Assembly: GCF_004010195.1 (NCBI RefSeq)
Contig: NC_057749.1
Coordinates: 20,662,385-20,699,773 of the forward strand
Direction: 5' to 3'
DNA from: Chiloscyllium plagiosum
Lineage: Eukaryota
DNA length: 37,389 bases
Part shown: positions 1 to 11,690 of the stretch, in pieces
Position numbering within the stretch: position 1 is the stretch's first letter
How the letters are laid out: every line of letters begins with the position of its first letter
Notes under the pieces: model-generated
Seen by the model: the letters and a program-made list of their open reading frames with translations, nothing else
The model's database searches: none
Told to the model about the DNA's origin: nothing
Translations under genes and position numbers: made by a program

Positions 1-643
1 AGGCGTTTGGTATGCTTTCCTTTATTGGTCAGAGTATTGAGTACAGGAGTTGGGAGGTCATGTTACGGCTGTACAGGATGTTGGTTAGGGCCACTGTTGG
101 AATATTGTGTGCAATTCTGGTCTCCTTCCTATCAGAAAGATGTAGTGAAACTTGAAAGGGTTCAGAAAAGATTTACAAGGATGTTGCCAGGGTTGGAGGA
201 TTTCAGCTATAGGGAGAGGCTGAACAGGCTGGGGCTGTTTTCCCTGGAGCGTCGGAGGCTGAGGGGTGACCTTATAGAGGTTTACAAAATTATGAGGAGC
301 ATGGATCAGGTAAATAGGCAAAGTGTTTTCCCTGGGGTCAGGGAGTCCAGAACTAGATGGCATAGGTTTAGGGTGAGAGGGGAAAAATATAAAAGAGACC
401 TACGGACAACTTTTTCACGCAGAGGGTGGTACGTGTATGGAATGAGCTGCCAGAGGAAGTGGTGGAGGCTGGTACAATTGCAACATTTAAGAGGCAGTTG
501 GATGGGTATATGAATAGGAAGGGTTTGGAGGGATATGGGCTGGGTGCTGGCAGGTGGGAGTAGATTGGGTTGGGATATCCGGTTGGCATGGACGAGTTGG
601 ACCGAAGGGTCTGTTTCCATGCTGTACATCTCTATGACTCTAT
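1..643 (+). mobile_element. CR1 LINE 3' portion (ORF2 C-terminus plus 3' UTR), runs off window start
   Basis: Translation LEYCVQFWSPSYQKDVVKLERVQKRFTRMLPGL...RRRLRGDLIEVYKIM is the CR1 ORF2 C-terminus. It ends in a CTCTATGA-type repeat tail at 629-643. Confidence 0.95.
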
Positions 644-735
644 CTGATGAAGAGTCGTCTAGACTTGAAACGTTAGCTTGTTTTCTCTCCATGAATGCTG
701 CCTAACCTGCTGTAATTTCCAGCAGTTTTTGTTTT
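644..735 (+). ncRNA. Minimal hammerhead ribozyme motif on a short Penelope terminal-repeat cassette
   Basis: CTGATGA (644-650), stem II GAGTC/GACTT with loop GTCTA, GAAA (667-670), CGTT, followed by the ATGCTGCC...CCTGCTG...TTTCCAGCA segment shared by the other cassettes. Confidence 0.7.
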
Positions 736-814
736 CTCCAGGGTCTTACTCCTGCTAACTTGGAGGAGATCCAATAATCATCATCTCGTTTTAACTTAGG
801 TCCCCTTCATCTAT

Positions 815-1060
815 CAATCCGTGCTTGCTGACTTAACTTGGCTCCAATTTTAACATTGCCAAGATTTAAAAATTCTCATTATAATTCTCCAATCTTTTCA
901 AACACAACTGCCCCCAACTCCACCTCCTGGGTTTATAATGTTCTCCAATCCTTCAGGGTATTTGTGCCTCTCTAATTCTAGATTCTTGAGCAGCCCCGAT
1001 TTTAATCACTCAATCATTATTTGCCTCGTTTTAGGTTTCCAAGGTCCTAAACTCTGGAAT
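815..1060 (+). mobile_element. Old L2-type LINE 3' fragment
   Basis: Degenerate LHWLP..FKIL region (TTGGCTCC, TTTAAAAATTCTC) and GPKLWN (GGTCCTAAACTCTGGAAT), typical of L2 ORF2 ends. Confidence 0.6.
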
Positions 1061-1542
1061 AGAGAATTACAATAATGCCTTAACTGTTGACTGCAAGTTA
1101 ACTGGCAGGATATTCTGTTTGGGCTGAATAGCACATTTCTGTACTGCATACATAACTTAGTAAAGGGAGAATCAAATCAGAACTGTATTTTTACATCAAG
1201 AATCAGCTCAGACTGCAATGCAACATTACAACAAGCCAGATTAGTTTCTTCCGAACCCTGTCACCTCTCTTATATCCCAAAGCTAATCTACTGTTTAATT
1301 ATAGTTTTATTTATTTTAGGAATTTTATCATTAAGATTACACAGAAAACCATCTGAAAAGAGAACATATTACATACTCATTAAAATTGCACTGGCAGCAC
1401 GTCTGTTATTCACTCCTAGTTAAAGATACGCTGAACTAATTGAGGGAGAAAAGACAATTAGAAACACATCTAAATAACTCATCATTAAAACAAATCGGCC
1501 TGGAGGAGAATGAACAAATAGCCACGATTGTGTCAAACTCAG

Positions 1543-4152
1543 GATAAGGGATGTGGAACATCTAGTCAAGAGGAAGAAGGAAGCTTACTTAAGGAGGCAA
1601 AGATCAGACAGGGCTTTAGAAGGTTACAGGGTAGCCAGGAAGGGAACTGAAGAATGGACTTTGGAGAGCTAGAAGGGGGCATGATAAAGCTTTAGCGAGT
1701 AGGACTAAGGAAAATCCTAAGGCATTCTACACTCACGTGAGGAACAAGAGGATGGCCAGAGTGAGGGTAGAGCGGATCAGGAGGGAACTTGGAGGAGGTA
1801 GGGAGGTCCTTCATGATTACTTTGCTTCAGTATTCACTACTGAGAGGGACTTTATCGTTTGTGAAAAGAGTGTGAAACAGACTGATATGCTTGAACAGGT
1901 TGATATTAAGAAAGAGCATGTGCTGAAAATTTTGAAAAACATTAGGATACATAGATCACCTGGACCTGAAGGGATATACCAAATGTTACTATGGGAACTG
2001 AGGGAAGAGATTGCTGTGCCTTTGGCAATGATCTTTGCGTCCTCACTGTCCAATGGAGTAGTGCCAGATGATTGGAGGTGGCAAATGTTATTCCCTTGTT
2101 CAAGAAAGGGAATAGGGATAATCTTGGGAATTTCAGTGCAGTCAGTCTTGTGTCTGTGGTGGACAAAATATTGGAGAGAATTCTGAGAAACAGGATTTAT
2201 GATTACTTGGAAAACCATAGTTTGATTAAAGATAGCCAGCATGGCTTTGTGAGGGGCAGATCATGCTTCACAAGCCTTAGTGAATTCTTCGAGGATGTGT
2301 CAAAACACTCTGATGAAGGTAGAGCAGTGGATGTGGTGTACATTGATTTTAGCAAGACGTTTGGTACGTTCCCCATGGTAGGCTCATTCAGAAAGTAAGG
2401 AGGCATGGGATACAGGGAAATTTGGCTGTCTGAATACAGAATTGGCTGGCCTATAGAAGACAGAAGGTATTGAAAGTATTCAGCCTGGAGCCTGGTGACC
2501 AGTGGTGTTCTGCAGGGATCTGTTCTGGGATCTCTGCTCTTTGTGATTTAAATGACTTAGATGAAGTAGTGGAAGGGTGGTTGGTAAGTTTGCTGGTGAC
2601 ACAAAGGTTGGTGGAATGGTGGATAGTGTGGATGGCTGTTGCTGGTTGCAATGGGACATTGACAGGATGCAGAATTGGGCTGATAAGTGGCAGATGGAGT
2701 TCAACCTGAGAAAGAGTGAAGTGATTCATTTTGGAAAGTCAAGCTTGAATCCAGAATACAGGGTTAAGGCAAGATTCTTGGCAGTGTGGAGGAACAGAGG
2801 GATCTTAGGGTCCACGCCTATAGATCCCTCAAAGCTGCCACCCAAGTTGAAAGAGTTGTTGAGAAGGCATATGGCATGTTGACTTTCATTAGCAGGGGGA
2901 TTGAGCTTAAGAGTTGTGAGGTTACGCTGCAGCTCCAAAGAGCCCTGGTTAGATCACACTTGGAATATTGTGTTCAGTTCTGGTCGCCTCATTATATGAA
3001 GGATATGGAAACTTTAGTGATGGTGCAGAGGAGATTTACCAGGACTCTGCCTGGACTGGAGGCAGAGGGAACCAGGGCTTTTCTCATTGGAGTAAAGAAG
3101 GATGAGAGGTGGCTTGATAGAGGTGTATAAGATGATGAGAGACATACATAAAATGAACAGTCAGAGACCTTTTTCCCTGGGCAGAAATGGCTCTCAAAAA
3201 GGGACATTATTTTAAGGTGACTGGAGGAAGCTTTAGGGGAGATGTCAGAGGTAGGTTATTTTTTTTTTATATAGATATTTTTATTAGAAATTTAACATTT
3301 TTACAAGTTTACAAAAATAAACAAAACTCTCAAGTACAAACATTGATATACAATTAAATCTTAAATATATAATAACCAAAATTAAGCCCTTGTTAGGATA
3401 GCCGAAATATCTGTATTCATATAATTCAAGAAGGGCTTCCATATTTTATAAAATAATTCGGTCTTTTGGTGCACCATATTTGTAAGGAAGTCAAGGGGAA
3501 TACATTCCATGATAAATCTGTGCCAATTTGAAAGTCCAGGGGGTCCCTCAGCCACCCAGTTCACCAAAATATTTTTCCTTGCACAGAAAGAGAGAATAGA
3601 AAATAGTCTCTTCCCATGCATGTCCAGGGAGGATAAGTTCGAAAAGCCCAAAAGGAGAGATACGGGGTCCACTTTAATTTCTGTTCCTAAAACTTCTGTC
3701 AGGACACTTGCTACTTTAGTCCAGTATCTACGGATCTTATGACAGGTCCATAGACAATGTACAAGAGTGCTCACTTCTATTTTACATTTGGGACACATTG
3801 GAGATGCCCCTGCCTTAAATTTTGCCAATCAATCCGGTGCTATATGGGCCCTATGAAGTATCTTCAGCTGGATAGCCTGTTACAGATGGTGATTCTTCTA
3901 GCGTTTTCCCAAATGTCATTCCACGTTTCTATAAGAGGTTCTTGACACAGAGAGTGGCAAGTGCACGGAATGCACTGCCAGCAGTGGTAGCAGAATCGGA
4001 TACATTAAGGACATTTAAGCGACTCTTGGTTGGAAACACGGATGATAGTGAAATGAAGGGAATGCAGATTAGTTTGATCTTAGAGTAGGATAAAAGTTTG
4101 GCACATCATCGAGGGCCAAAGGGCCTGCACTGTGCTGTACTGTTCTATGTTC
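1543..4152 (+). mobile_element. 5'-truncated CR1 LINE (RT domain to 3' tail), frameshifted, interrupted by an L1 fragment
   Basis: Motifs SPGPEGI, ANVIPLFKKG, QHGFVRGRSC, DVVYIDFSK, KFAGDTK and HLEYCVQFWSP occur in successive frames. The tail is CTGTACTGTTCTATGTTC. Confidence 0.95.
3259..3935 (-). mobile_element. L1-clade LINE 3' fragment (C-terminal zinc-knuckle region, AATAAA, poly(A)) nested in CR1
   Basis: The minus strand reads IETWNDIWEN..IQLKILHRAH..CPKCKIEVSTLVHCLWTC. AATAAA is at 3280-3285 (minus) and poly(A) at 3259-3268. Flanks are AGGTTATT (3253-3260) and AGGTTCTT (3936-3943), and the CR1 sequence resumes across the insert. Confidence 0.9.
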
Positions 4153-4164
4153 AGCAACATATGA

Positions 4165-4289
4165 TGAAGGGGTAAATGTAGGGAAATGGGTCCGGGTGGG
4201 TTGCTCTTCGGAGGGTCAGTGTGGACTTGTTGGGCCGAAGGGCCTGTTTCCACACTGTAAGTAATCTAATCTAATCTAATCTAAAAAAG
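4165..4289 (+). mobile_element. 5'-truncated HE1-type SINE 3' end
   Basis: Matches the 3' part of the full SINE at 25304-25620 (AAGGGGTAAATGTAGGG...GGGCCTGTTTCCACACTGTAA) and has an intact (CTAAT)n tail. Confidence 0.85.
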
Positions 4290-4757
4290 ATAGCCACGGA
4301 CAGTTAAGTCATGGGCAGGAATTCTTGGAACAGCTTAGCCTGAATCATGCATTTGCAATCTCCCATCTTCCTATTTCTAGGTTTGCTCGAAAAGTCAATA
4401 ATGAATCAGGAGTTTTGTTGACAGTGTAGCCATAATTTGTGCCTCTCTATAAGAAGCCAGAACAGGTACATTAACTCTGGGACGCAGGTGAGGGGCATCT
4501 TCCAATTTTTAAAAAGTTAATTTCAATGACAGTACTTGAGACAACATTGGAAAGTAACTTGCAGCGTCTGCATATATTCTTTTGCACAGAGACGACAAGA
4601 TGGACTCAGAGAAATGGGTTTTGTAATTTGGGAATGAGGATTGAACGTTCTACAGTATTGGATACTGCTTTAGTGATACCAGCTACTCTGAACAAGAAGG
4701 GTGAAAGTACCATGCAACCTGCTATAACCATAAAAGTCTGAAACATTTCATGTCTGC

Positions 4758-5080
4758 AAGGTTGTGGTTCCAGGTTAGCACTCCCAACTACAATAATAAA
4801 TGCTGCACTGTTAGAGGCTCTGTTTGTTAAATCAGAGCACCATTTGTCAGATAGTACTATTTCAAAAAAAAGAGGACAGTCCCTTTCAGCATCCTGACAA
4901 TACTTACCCTGACTTCACTGATTGGATCATTTGGTCATTAGTTAATTGTTGCTTGTGGAAGCTTGTAGTGTGCAAACTGACTGTCTGCTACCACATCACA
5001 CACCAACCAAACTTCAGGCATATTTAATCTCTATATCAGATTTGGAGGTCTTGTGATCATAAAGAGCAAACTCTATAATG
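4758..5080 (+). mobile_element. Highly decayed Deu-domain-type SINE
   Basis: Patchy similarity to the reverse complement of 8700-9130 (TGCTGCACTGTTAGAGG; TTGTGGAAGCTTGTAGTGTGCAAACTGACTG). Confidence 0.5.
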
Positions 5081-5129
5081 GTGCCTTTACTGGCCTCTAA
5101 GCTGAGTCATGTGAAGGCCATAAACTATG

Positions 5130-6270
5130 TTACAGTCCTTTCGCCCAGGTGATTATGTTCCATTTTACCTGGTCTGGCCGACATGCAACTCCAGATTCTC
5201 AAAATCTATTTGACTCTGTACTACCCTCTGAAATGGCTGAGCAAGCTTCTCATTGTATACAGCCCTCAAGAAGGCCATGCGACATCAAGCCTGGCATCGG
5301 ATACAACAATGATGCACTGTCCTCAGTCAACCCCAAAGTCCTTCTCACTAACATCCAGGATTGAGACAGCTGTCTTACAGACAAGTCAAACAACAGTGTG
5401 ACACTGTCATTCTCACTGAATTATCCATTACAGTTAATGTTCCATCACCTTCCCTTGCTATGGCCTGGCCTGCCCTGCCCTACCAGCAGGGAAAACTCAC
5501 TAATGATAATGGCATACTTTCAGGAGGGAGTTGCCCCGGGAACCTGTGACACTAACTCCTCATACCACGAAGTTTTATCCTATCAGGTCAAATATGAACA
5601 AGGAAATCATCTGCTAATTACCACTTACCTGTCCTCTCTCAAAATATGAATCAGTACTCTTCCATTCTGAGCACATCTTGGAAGAAACACTGAGGTTAGC
5701 AAGAACAGAGAATATTGAATGAGAAATTCAATGCCCATCATCAAGAGTGGCTCAATAGCACTGTTGCTGACTGCCATGACAGAGTCCTAAAAGAGATAGC
5801 TATCAGACTTGATTTGTGACATGTGACGAGGCAATCAATAGGAAGGAAAAAACTACTTACCCCTTCCCTCTCTGGGCTATTTGTAACAGATACATCTGTT
5901 GATGAAATTACTGACCCCCTTATGAAGGCAAAATCTCTGCTTCGTACTGTGTTCATCGTGTTATACAGCATCATCACATGGGATAGATTCAGAATAGATC
6001 CAGCAACTCAAAGCTGTGCACCCATGAGTCTTTCTGGGCCATAAGCAACAGCACAATTATATTCAGCCACAATCTGTAACCATATAGACTGGCATATCCC
6101 TTACTCTAACATTACCATCAAGCAATTGGATCAATACTGGTTCAACAACAACTGGGAGGGGAGCAAAACAGGAGCAGCACCAAGTTTACCTCAAGATACA
6201 ATACTCAACTCTGTGAAGCTTTAAAACACAACCATTTCCATATCGAACGGTGGAAGCAACAGGCAGCCAG
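5130..6270 (+). mobile_element. Decayed 5' part (APE endonuclease region) of a second CR1/L2-superfamily LINE
   Basis: Peptides KVLLTNIQ, VKQQCDTVILTE (APE motif) and GNHLLITTY are present, with many frameshifts. Confidence 0.7.
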
Positions 6271-7481
6271 CTATTTCTCCTGAGGTCTATCCAGAGTTTC
6301 ATTCATCCACTTAAGGGTTACTACAGAAGCATTTGAGGGAAAAGATGGTTATAATGATAGATTTAGATAAAGAAAAGATGGGAAGAGGCTTGAATGGAAC
6401 AAAACTCCAGTTTTGGCTGGTTGGGCTGAATTACCTCTTTCTGTACAGTATACTTGTTGTAAACCTATGTAGAAAATGTACTTTACTCACAGGCACTTTT
6501 AAATATATGTCAGAATAGAAAAATAAAACAGTATTAGATCATGTAACATAGCGACAAAGTAGGATAGAACAAGTATGTACAATCCTTTGGCCTCTACCCC
6601 TTAGACTGGTGCTTTGGTTATGTTCCAACATGGCATGACATAGGTACTTCAAGGGTGAAAGAGAGATCTGCATTCAAAATTCAAACAAAATAATTTAAGT
6701 TTTTTTTTCAAATGAGCACTACAATCAGCTTACTCTTATTCATATGAGCTTATTCATATGATTATATCCAAAGTTTTGATATTAAAATGAGGCACATGAA
6801 GTACAAAGACAAAACTGCATGGGAATTTGAGTTAAAGTCAATATACCTAGACAACGTCATACTTAATTATTAAAGGTAATTCTTCCTTGCATTCTCGGGA
6901 ACCATCTGGGATGCCCTGAGCCACATTCAGTACCAGCAATTCTTTGCTTAATATTAGTAACTTAGACTAATTCTAAGTTGGGAAAATACCCACAATCTTT
7001 GTCAGAAGGTAGACTCAATCTTGATAAATAGCAAAGATTTATTACATACAGCTTAATGGCTAATGACATTACATCTGGAAGTCTCCTGTGAGACATCAGG
7101 CTCAACTTAACAGGTAAGTGCATTTACTGCTGCCGAAACATTCTCATACGCACAAGACTATACTAGATACTGTTTAGCTCCTCCCAGGAGCAATTAATTA
7201 TATGCTGATGGACAGAGCTTATTTGGTGATGTTAATTAACTCTTTCAGGTGCTAACTGCTTTAAACAACAATGAGTTCAAAGTGGACATGAAAGAAAAAC
7301 AGGAGCAATTAGAGAAAAGGCAGGCTCAAAGGAGAATTATGCAAAATTGGGACCATGGGTAAATGATGATATATCAATTCCACATATTTACTCGCACAAA
7401 CGTTTGGAAGAAATTGTAGGTAAGTAAATATAGGAGAGGATTATGATCATTACTTATTATTCTTCTCCAAAGGGGGGAAAA

Positions 7482-7830
7482 TAGTGGTGTAATAGTCAAG
7501 TCATAGGCTGGTAATCAAGAGTACAAGGCGAAGGTTCTGGGGGCAAAGGGTTCAAAACTGCACCACAGCATCTGGTGGAATTTAAATTCAGATAATAAAT
7601 CTGGAATATATGGGTTGTTTCAGTGAAAATGACCATGGCAACATCAATTAATTTTCCTAAAAACCCAAGTAGTTCATCAATGGTCTAACTTAAACGTGAC
7701 TCTATACCCAGAGCAATGTGGTTAATTCTTGACTGCCCTGAGGTTGCTTAACAAGTCAGTCACTCAGTTCAAGGGCAATTAGGGGCGTTATCAAACACTT
7801 GTCTTGACCATACAGCATCAAAGAATAAGA
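7482..7830 (+). mobile_element. tRNA-derived SINE (family also at 10485-10745 and 15745-16020)
   Basis: A-box-like TGGTGTAATAG (~7485) and B-box-like GGTTCAAAAC (~7549). Body GCAATGTGGTT...CTGCCCT and tail AAGGGCAATTAGGGG are shared with the other copies. Confidence 0.75.
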
Positions 7831-7869
7831 ATTAATGTAGCAATGGTGATATTTGAGGGTTGCTGAACT

Positions 7870-8010
7870 ATGGTTGTGATGTTACTACTAAGCAGGGTGT
7901 GGAGGCACATCTTATGTCCATCTCAGCCGGAATGGGGAGCTAAACCCATGCTTTTGCTGTTATTCTGAACCACATAAGCCACCAAGCCAACGGAACTAGC
8001 TAAGCCCCAA
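7870..8010 (-). mobile_element. Decayed tRNA-derived SINE head
   Basis: The minus strand begins GGGGCTTAGCTAGTTCCGTTGG and has a degenerate B box, ATGGGTTTAGCTCCCC. Confidence 0.45.
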
Positions 8011-8049
8011 TCTAGTTAGGTATTAATTGAAAACAATCTTGCTGGGTTA

Positions 8050-8140
8050 CTGATGAAAGAGTACAGATCTGAAACACTAATTCTGCTTGTCTTTCTGCAG
8101 ATGCTGCCAAGCCTGAAGATTTCCACCATTTCTGTATTTA
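8050..8140 (+). mobile_element. Decayed Penelope terminal cassette with hammerhead remnant
   Basis: CTGATGA (8050-8056) and GAAA (8071-8074), then CAGATGCTGCC...TTTCCA...TTTCTG. Confidence 0.55.
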
Positions 8141-8184
8141 TAACCCTAAGGTTCCATCTGCCTTGCTAAGGCTGCATCTGCCAT

Positions 8185-8530
8185 TGGGTGTGCAGTCTTG
8201 ATCTCCTCGTTTTAAAATATTCAATATTGGGCAGAGTTCAAAGGACAGTTAAGAGATTAATTCCAAAACTTAGGGAGCTGTATGGAGATGTTTGCTGACG
8301 TCAGGATTTTGTTCGTTTAAAGGAGTGAAACATGGAGTAATCTGATTAATGTTTAAAATTTGTCAAGCCAGGAGAATACAAATTCAGATTTCAGATTCAG
8401 AGGCTGATTTCTTGCAACAGCTTTTCAGTTGAAGGGTCAGAAATATGTAAGATTCAGTAAGGGTTAGATGATAAAATCAAAACATTTCAAAGGCAAGTTG
8501 GAAAGGTTCCAGTCAGTATTTAGGATTCAG
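8185..8530 (+). mobile_element. Ancient CR1 3' fragment
   Basis: Degenerate CVQxWSP (TGTGCAGTCTTGATCTCCT) and RVQ..RLIP segments. Confidence 0.5.
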
Positions 8531-8591
8531 CTGTATTAGACTTAGTAAGACAGCAAGATCTTTAAAAAAAGAACACTTTTATTTATATAAT

Positions 8592-8686
8592 CAAAAACAG
8601 AAGTTGCTGGAAGAGCTCAGCAGGTTTGATAGCATCTGTGAAGAGAAATCAAAGTTAACGTTCCAGGTCTGGTGACTGTTCCTCAG
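8592..8686 (-). mobile_element. Penelope terminal cassette with hammerhead motif
   Basis: The minus strand reads CTGAGGA-acagtcaccagacct-GGAACGTTAACT...CAGATGCT...CCTGCTGAGCTCTTCCAGCAACTTCTGTTTT. Confidence 0.75.
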
Positions 8687-8699
8687 GCCATTACAAAAG

Positions 8700-9130
8700 T
8701 CTTCATAACCAATGATATCCTATAATGTGTAATCACTGTTATTGTTTCAGAAATAGACAGCCAATTTGTAGACAACAAGCTCCTACAAATAGCAATGTTA
8801 CAACGACTAGATAACCTGTTTTTTAAAATGCTAATTGAGAGATATACATTGACCATGACACAGGGATAACTCCCCCGCCCTTCTCTAAATGCTGATGTGA
8901 CACCTTTTATGTCCAAGAGGGCGACACTGGGGGAAGATGAAGGCTTGGTTTAACCTCTCATCCGAAAGATGGTACCTCCAACAACGAGGTTGCTGAAGAA
9001 GCCTCTGGACGCCAGAAAGTTTCCTCCCACTCAAAAATGCATTGTCAGATTTGATTTTTGTGCTATAGTCCTGGATTGGGCCTTGAACCCACATGACTCT
9101 AACCTCTGAGGCAAAAGTGCCCTTACAAAT
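8700..9130 (-). mobile_element. Deu-domain-type tRNA SINE (SacSINE1/AmnSINE1-like)
   Basis: The minus strand has a B box GTGGGTTCAAGGCCC and the central block GGAGGTACCATCTTTCGGATGAGAGGTTAAACC. Its tail appears to continue at ~8570-8590 beyond the PLE cassette. Family assignment is from memory of the consensus. Confidence 0.65.
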
Positions 9131-9179
9131 ATGTAGGTAGGACAACATTGGGCTATTTTGTGCTGAAAGCTTTTACTGT

Positions 9180-9290
9180 AGAGTCATAGTAATGTACAGC
9201 ATCGAAAAAGAGCCTTCGGTCCATCTTGACTAGATATCCTAAATTAATCTAATCCTATTTGGCCCATATCCCTCTAAACCCTTCCTATTT
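9180..9290 (-). mobile_element. Short CR1 3' tail
   Basis: Reverse complement of the tail at 510-643 (GAGTCATAG..TGTACAGCAT, CCCATATCCCTCTAAACCCTTCCTATT). Confidence 0.8.
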
Positions 9291-10484
9291 GCTCTGAGTT
9301 GCTTTTAACATGTAATTAGTGGGTAACCATAACACTACATTCATTCAAGTGCAGAGAGTAACAGCAATAGTCCTCTGTGCTGAAGCAGAATTTTCTCTCA
9401 AAGCAACTTCTGGTTTTGTCACTTAACTGACAGCTATCCAATATACCTATTATACCAGTGTTAGCGTCACTGTTATTCTGGTCACAAAATATAACCCATT
9501 CTTAATTATGCAGTAAAATCAAATTAGTTCAGCCTAAAAGGTTTGATACTAGGCATTTGAGAATTCTACAAACCAGGATTTCCCTCCCCAAGCCAAAATA
9601 GCATGACATCTCTCCACATCAATGCCAAATCACTGCTTTCAGACAAGTGTATTTTGTGCAAAGATTACAGCACAGTCAATAAATTGTGAAATCTGCAGAA
9701 CCAAGTCCTGCTTGACAGAATCTTTTCACAAGCACAAGACATTGTGGTCCATTAAATGGATACTTTATTAAAAGGCATCAGTCCCAAAAGGTACTCTTGA
9801 TTAAATGGTGATTGGCATTCCAACTGAACATCTGCACAACGTGCAACAGTCTTGGCAAACTGCCTTAAAAACAAAATTCTCAACCACTTTACTATGGGTC
9901 TGTGATTGCTGTGACTCAAAAACTCCAAGAGCTTGGTAACATATCAGCACAACTCATTCATTACCTGTTGCAATTGAATATTCTGGAGCATTGGAAGTGG
10001 AAGAATTGAAGGAAAACATGAAGATTTCCCAGAAAACAAGTCTAGAAATACGTAACAATCAACTGAAAGGAAAATGCATTCAAGTCACAGAGAATTTTAA
10101 AAATGGTGGGACCCCCAAAAAACTGGCAAGCAGGCATGCCACTGAAAGCTTGGTCATGCCGTTTTAGAACCTATCAAAATTTAATCTGAGCATTTAGTTT
10201 CCTATCACTCAAAACAGTTCTGGTCATCTGGTTTCATTGGATAAAGTCAAACGTTTGCTCACTGTGAAATTATCAACAAGATTGAATGACTGAAATTTGA
10301 TAGACTACAATCTCAGTAACAAATTGCTCCATGATGAAAGATATCGTGTGACTTCTCGGTTAAAAACTGAGTTTTCATGGACTACTTTTCAAAGCAGTTC
10401 ACTTGTCTTGTACAAATCAACATGCTACTAATCCAAATTGCAAAATAAAGCATTGCAACATTGAACTTTAAGAATATAAGACCA

Positions 10485-10745
10485 CTTCATTCTTAATTTG
10501 TTCTTGGGCATTGTTGATTCTGCCAGCATTTATTAACTATCCCTAATTGTCTGGAGGGCAGTTAAGAGTCAATCACATTGCTGTGGAAATGGACTTCATA
10601 AGGTAAGGTTGACAGATTTCCTTCCCTAAAGGACATGAGAGAATCATGTAGGTTTCTAACAACAATTACAAAGGTGATTTTTAATTTCAGATTTTAAAGG
10701 ACTCAAATTCACAATGTGATTCGAAGCCATGATCCCAAAACAATA
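10485..10745 (-). mobile_element. tRNA-derived SINE, same family as 15745-16020
   Basis: GGGCAGTTAAGAGTCAATCACATTGCTGTGG and TTTCCTTCCCTAAAGGACAT match the reverse complement of 15850-15945. Confidence 0.8.
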
Positions 10746-10749
10746 GTCA

Positions 10750-10835
10750 AGAGTGTGATGCTGGAAAAGCAGAGCAGGTCAGCATCCGAGGAGCAGGACA
10801 GTCGATGTTTTGGGCATAGGACCTTCACCAGGAAT
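10750..10835 (-). mobile_element. Penelope terminal cassette with decayed hammerhead
   Basis: The minus strand reads ATTCCTGGTGAAGGTCCTATGCCCAAAACATCGAC...GCTTTTCCAGCATCACACTC, the same family as 24587-24800. Confidence 0.75.
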
Positions 10836-10874
10836 TCGAAAATCTTTCTTTTACATTGTGACCATTTTAATCAT

Positions 10875-11450
10875 CTGCAAAAATGACCCTGCACTTCCTG
10901 TTGCCTGCCACTTCAACACACCACTGTATTCCCTGGCCAATATTTCTGTCTCAGGCTTGCTGCAGTCCTCAGCGAAGCTCAGCACAAACTGGAAGAACAG
11001 CATCCCAGTTTCCGCTTGGAAACCCTGCAGCCTTCAGGACTCAATGTTAAACTCAATGATTTCAGGACTTGGGAACCTTCTCCCATACACCAGACATGGC
11101 TTGTCAACACATGGGTTTCTACTGCAACCAGCCATTTTTAGTTATTAATGGCTATTAGCTGCCCCCATTAGCAACTATTGATTCTCCCAGGCTGACCTTT
11201 ACCCATCCTCTCTCCGCCTAACATGCTGTTCTCTCCCTCTCGGCTCCATCAATTTTTTAATCCTTCCAATCCCCCACCCCATCATCAGCACATATACTCT
11301 TTTCCTAACTACAACCAGTTCTGAAGAAGGGTCACTGGACATGAAATGTTAATGCTTTCTTCCAACAGGTGCTACCAGACTTGTTGAACTTCTCCAGCAA
11401 CTTCTGTTTGTGTTTCTGATTTCCAACATTGGTAGTATTTTGTTTGGGTT
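10875..11450 (+). mobile_element. Penelope-like element 3' end: GIY-YIG C-terminus, 3' UTR and hammerhead cassette
   Basis: LPVACHFNTP..ISVSGLLQ, then after a frameshift KLEEQH..FRLETLQPSGLN. HHR core CTGAAGA (11321-11327) and GAAA (11343-11346). Confidence 0.85.
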
Positions 11451-11690
11451 TCAATTTTATTCTTCTCCTCCATATTATTTGCCCTATCTGAATAACAATT
11501 ATTAAAGGCTCATTCATTGCTAGAACATGAGACCCAGCATTCTTTAGCTACTTCAACATGAGTGTTCACTTCATTCAGATTCAGAGAAAATGATATTTGC
11601 CAACTGGCCCCTGCACTTACACAACCAAATTTACTTATTTTTCCTTATGCCAGTAACAGGATCACAGTTCCAAAAAATCTTGTAACTATG

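Noticed and set aside
4381..4487. Exon-like segment with a good acceptor and CAG|GTGAGG donor
   Set aside because: Stops occur in all three frames and there is no other support.
6735..6761. 13-bp tandem duplication CTTATTCATATGA
   Set aside because: An ordinary local slippage duplication.
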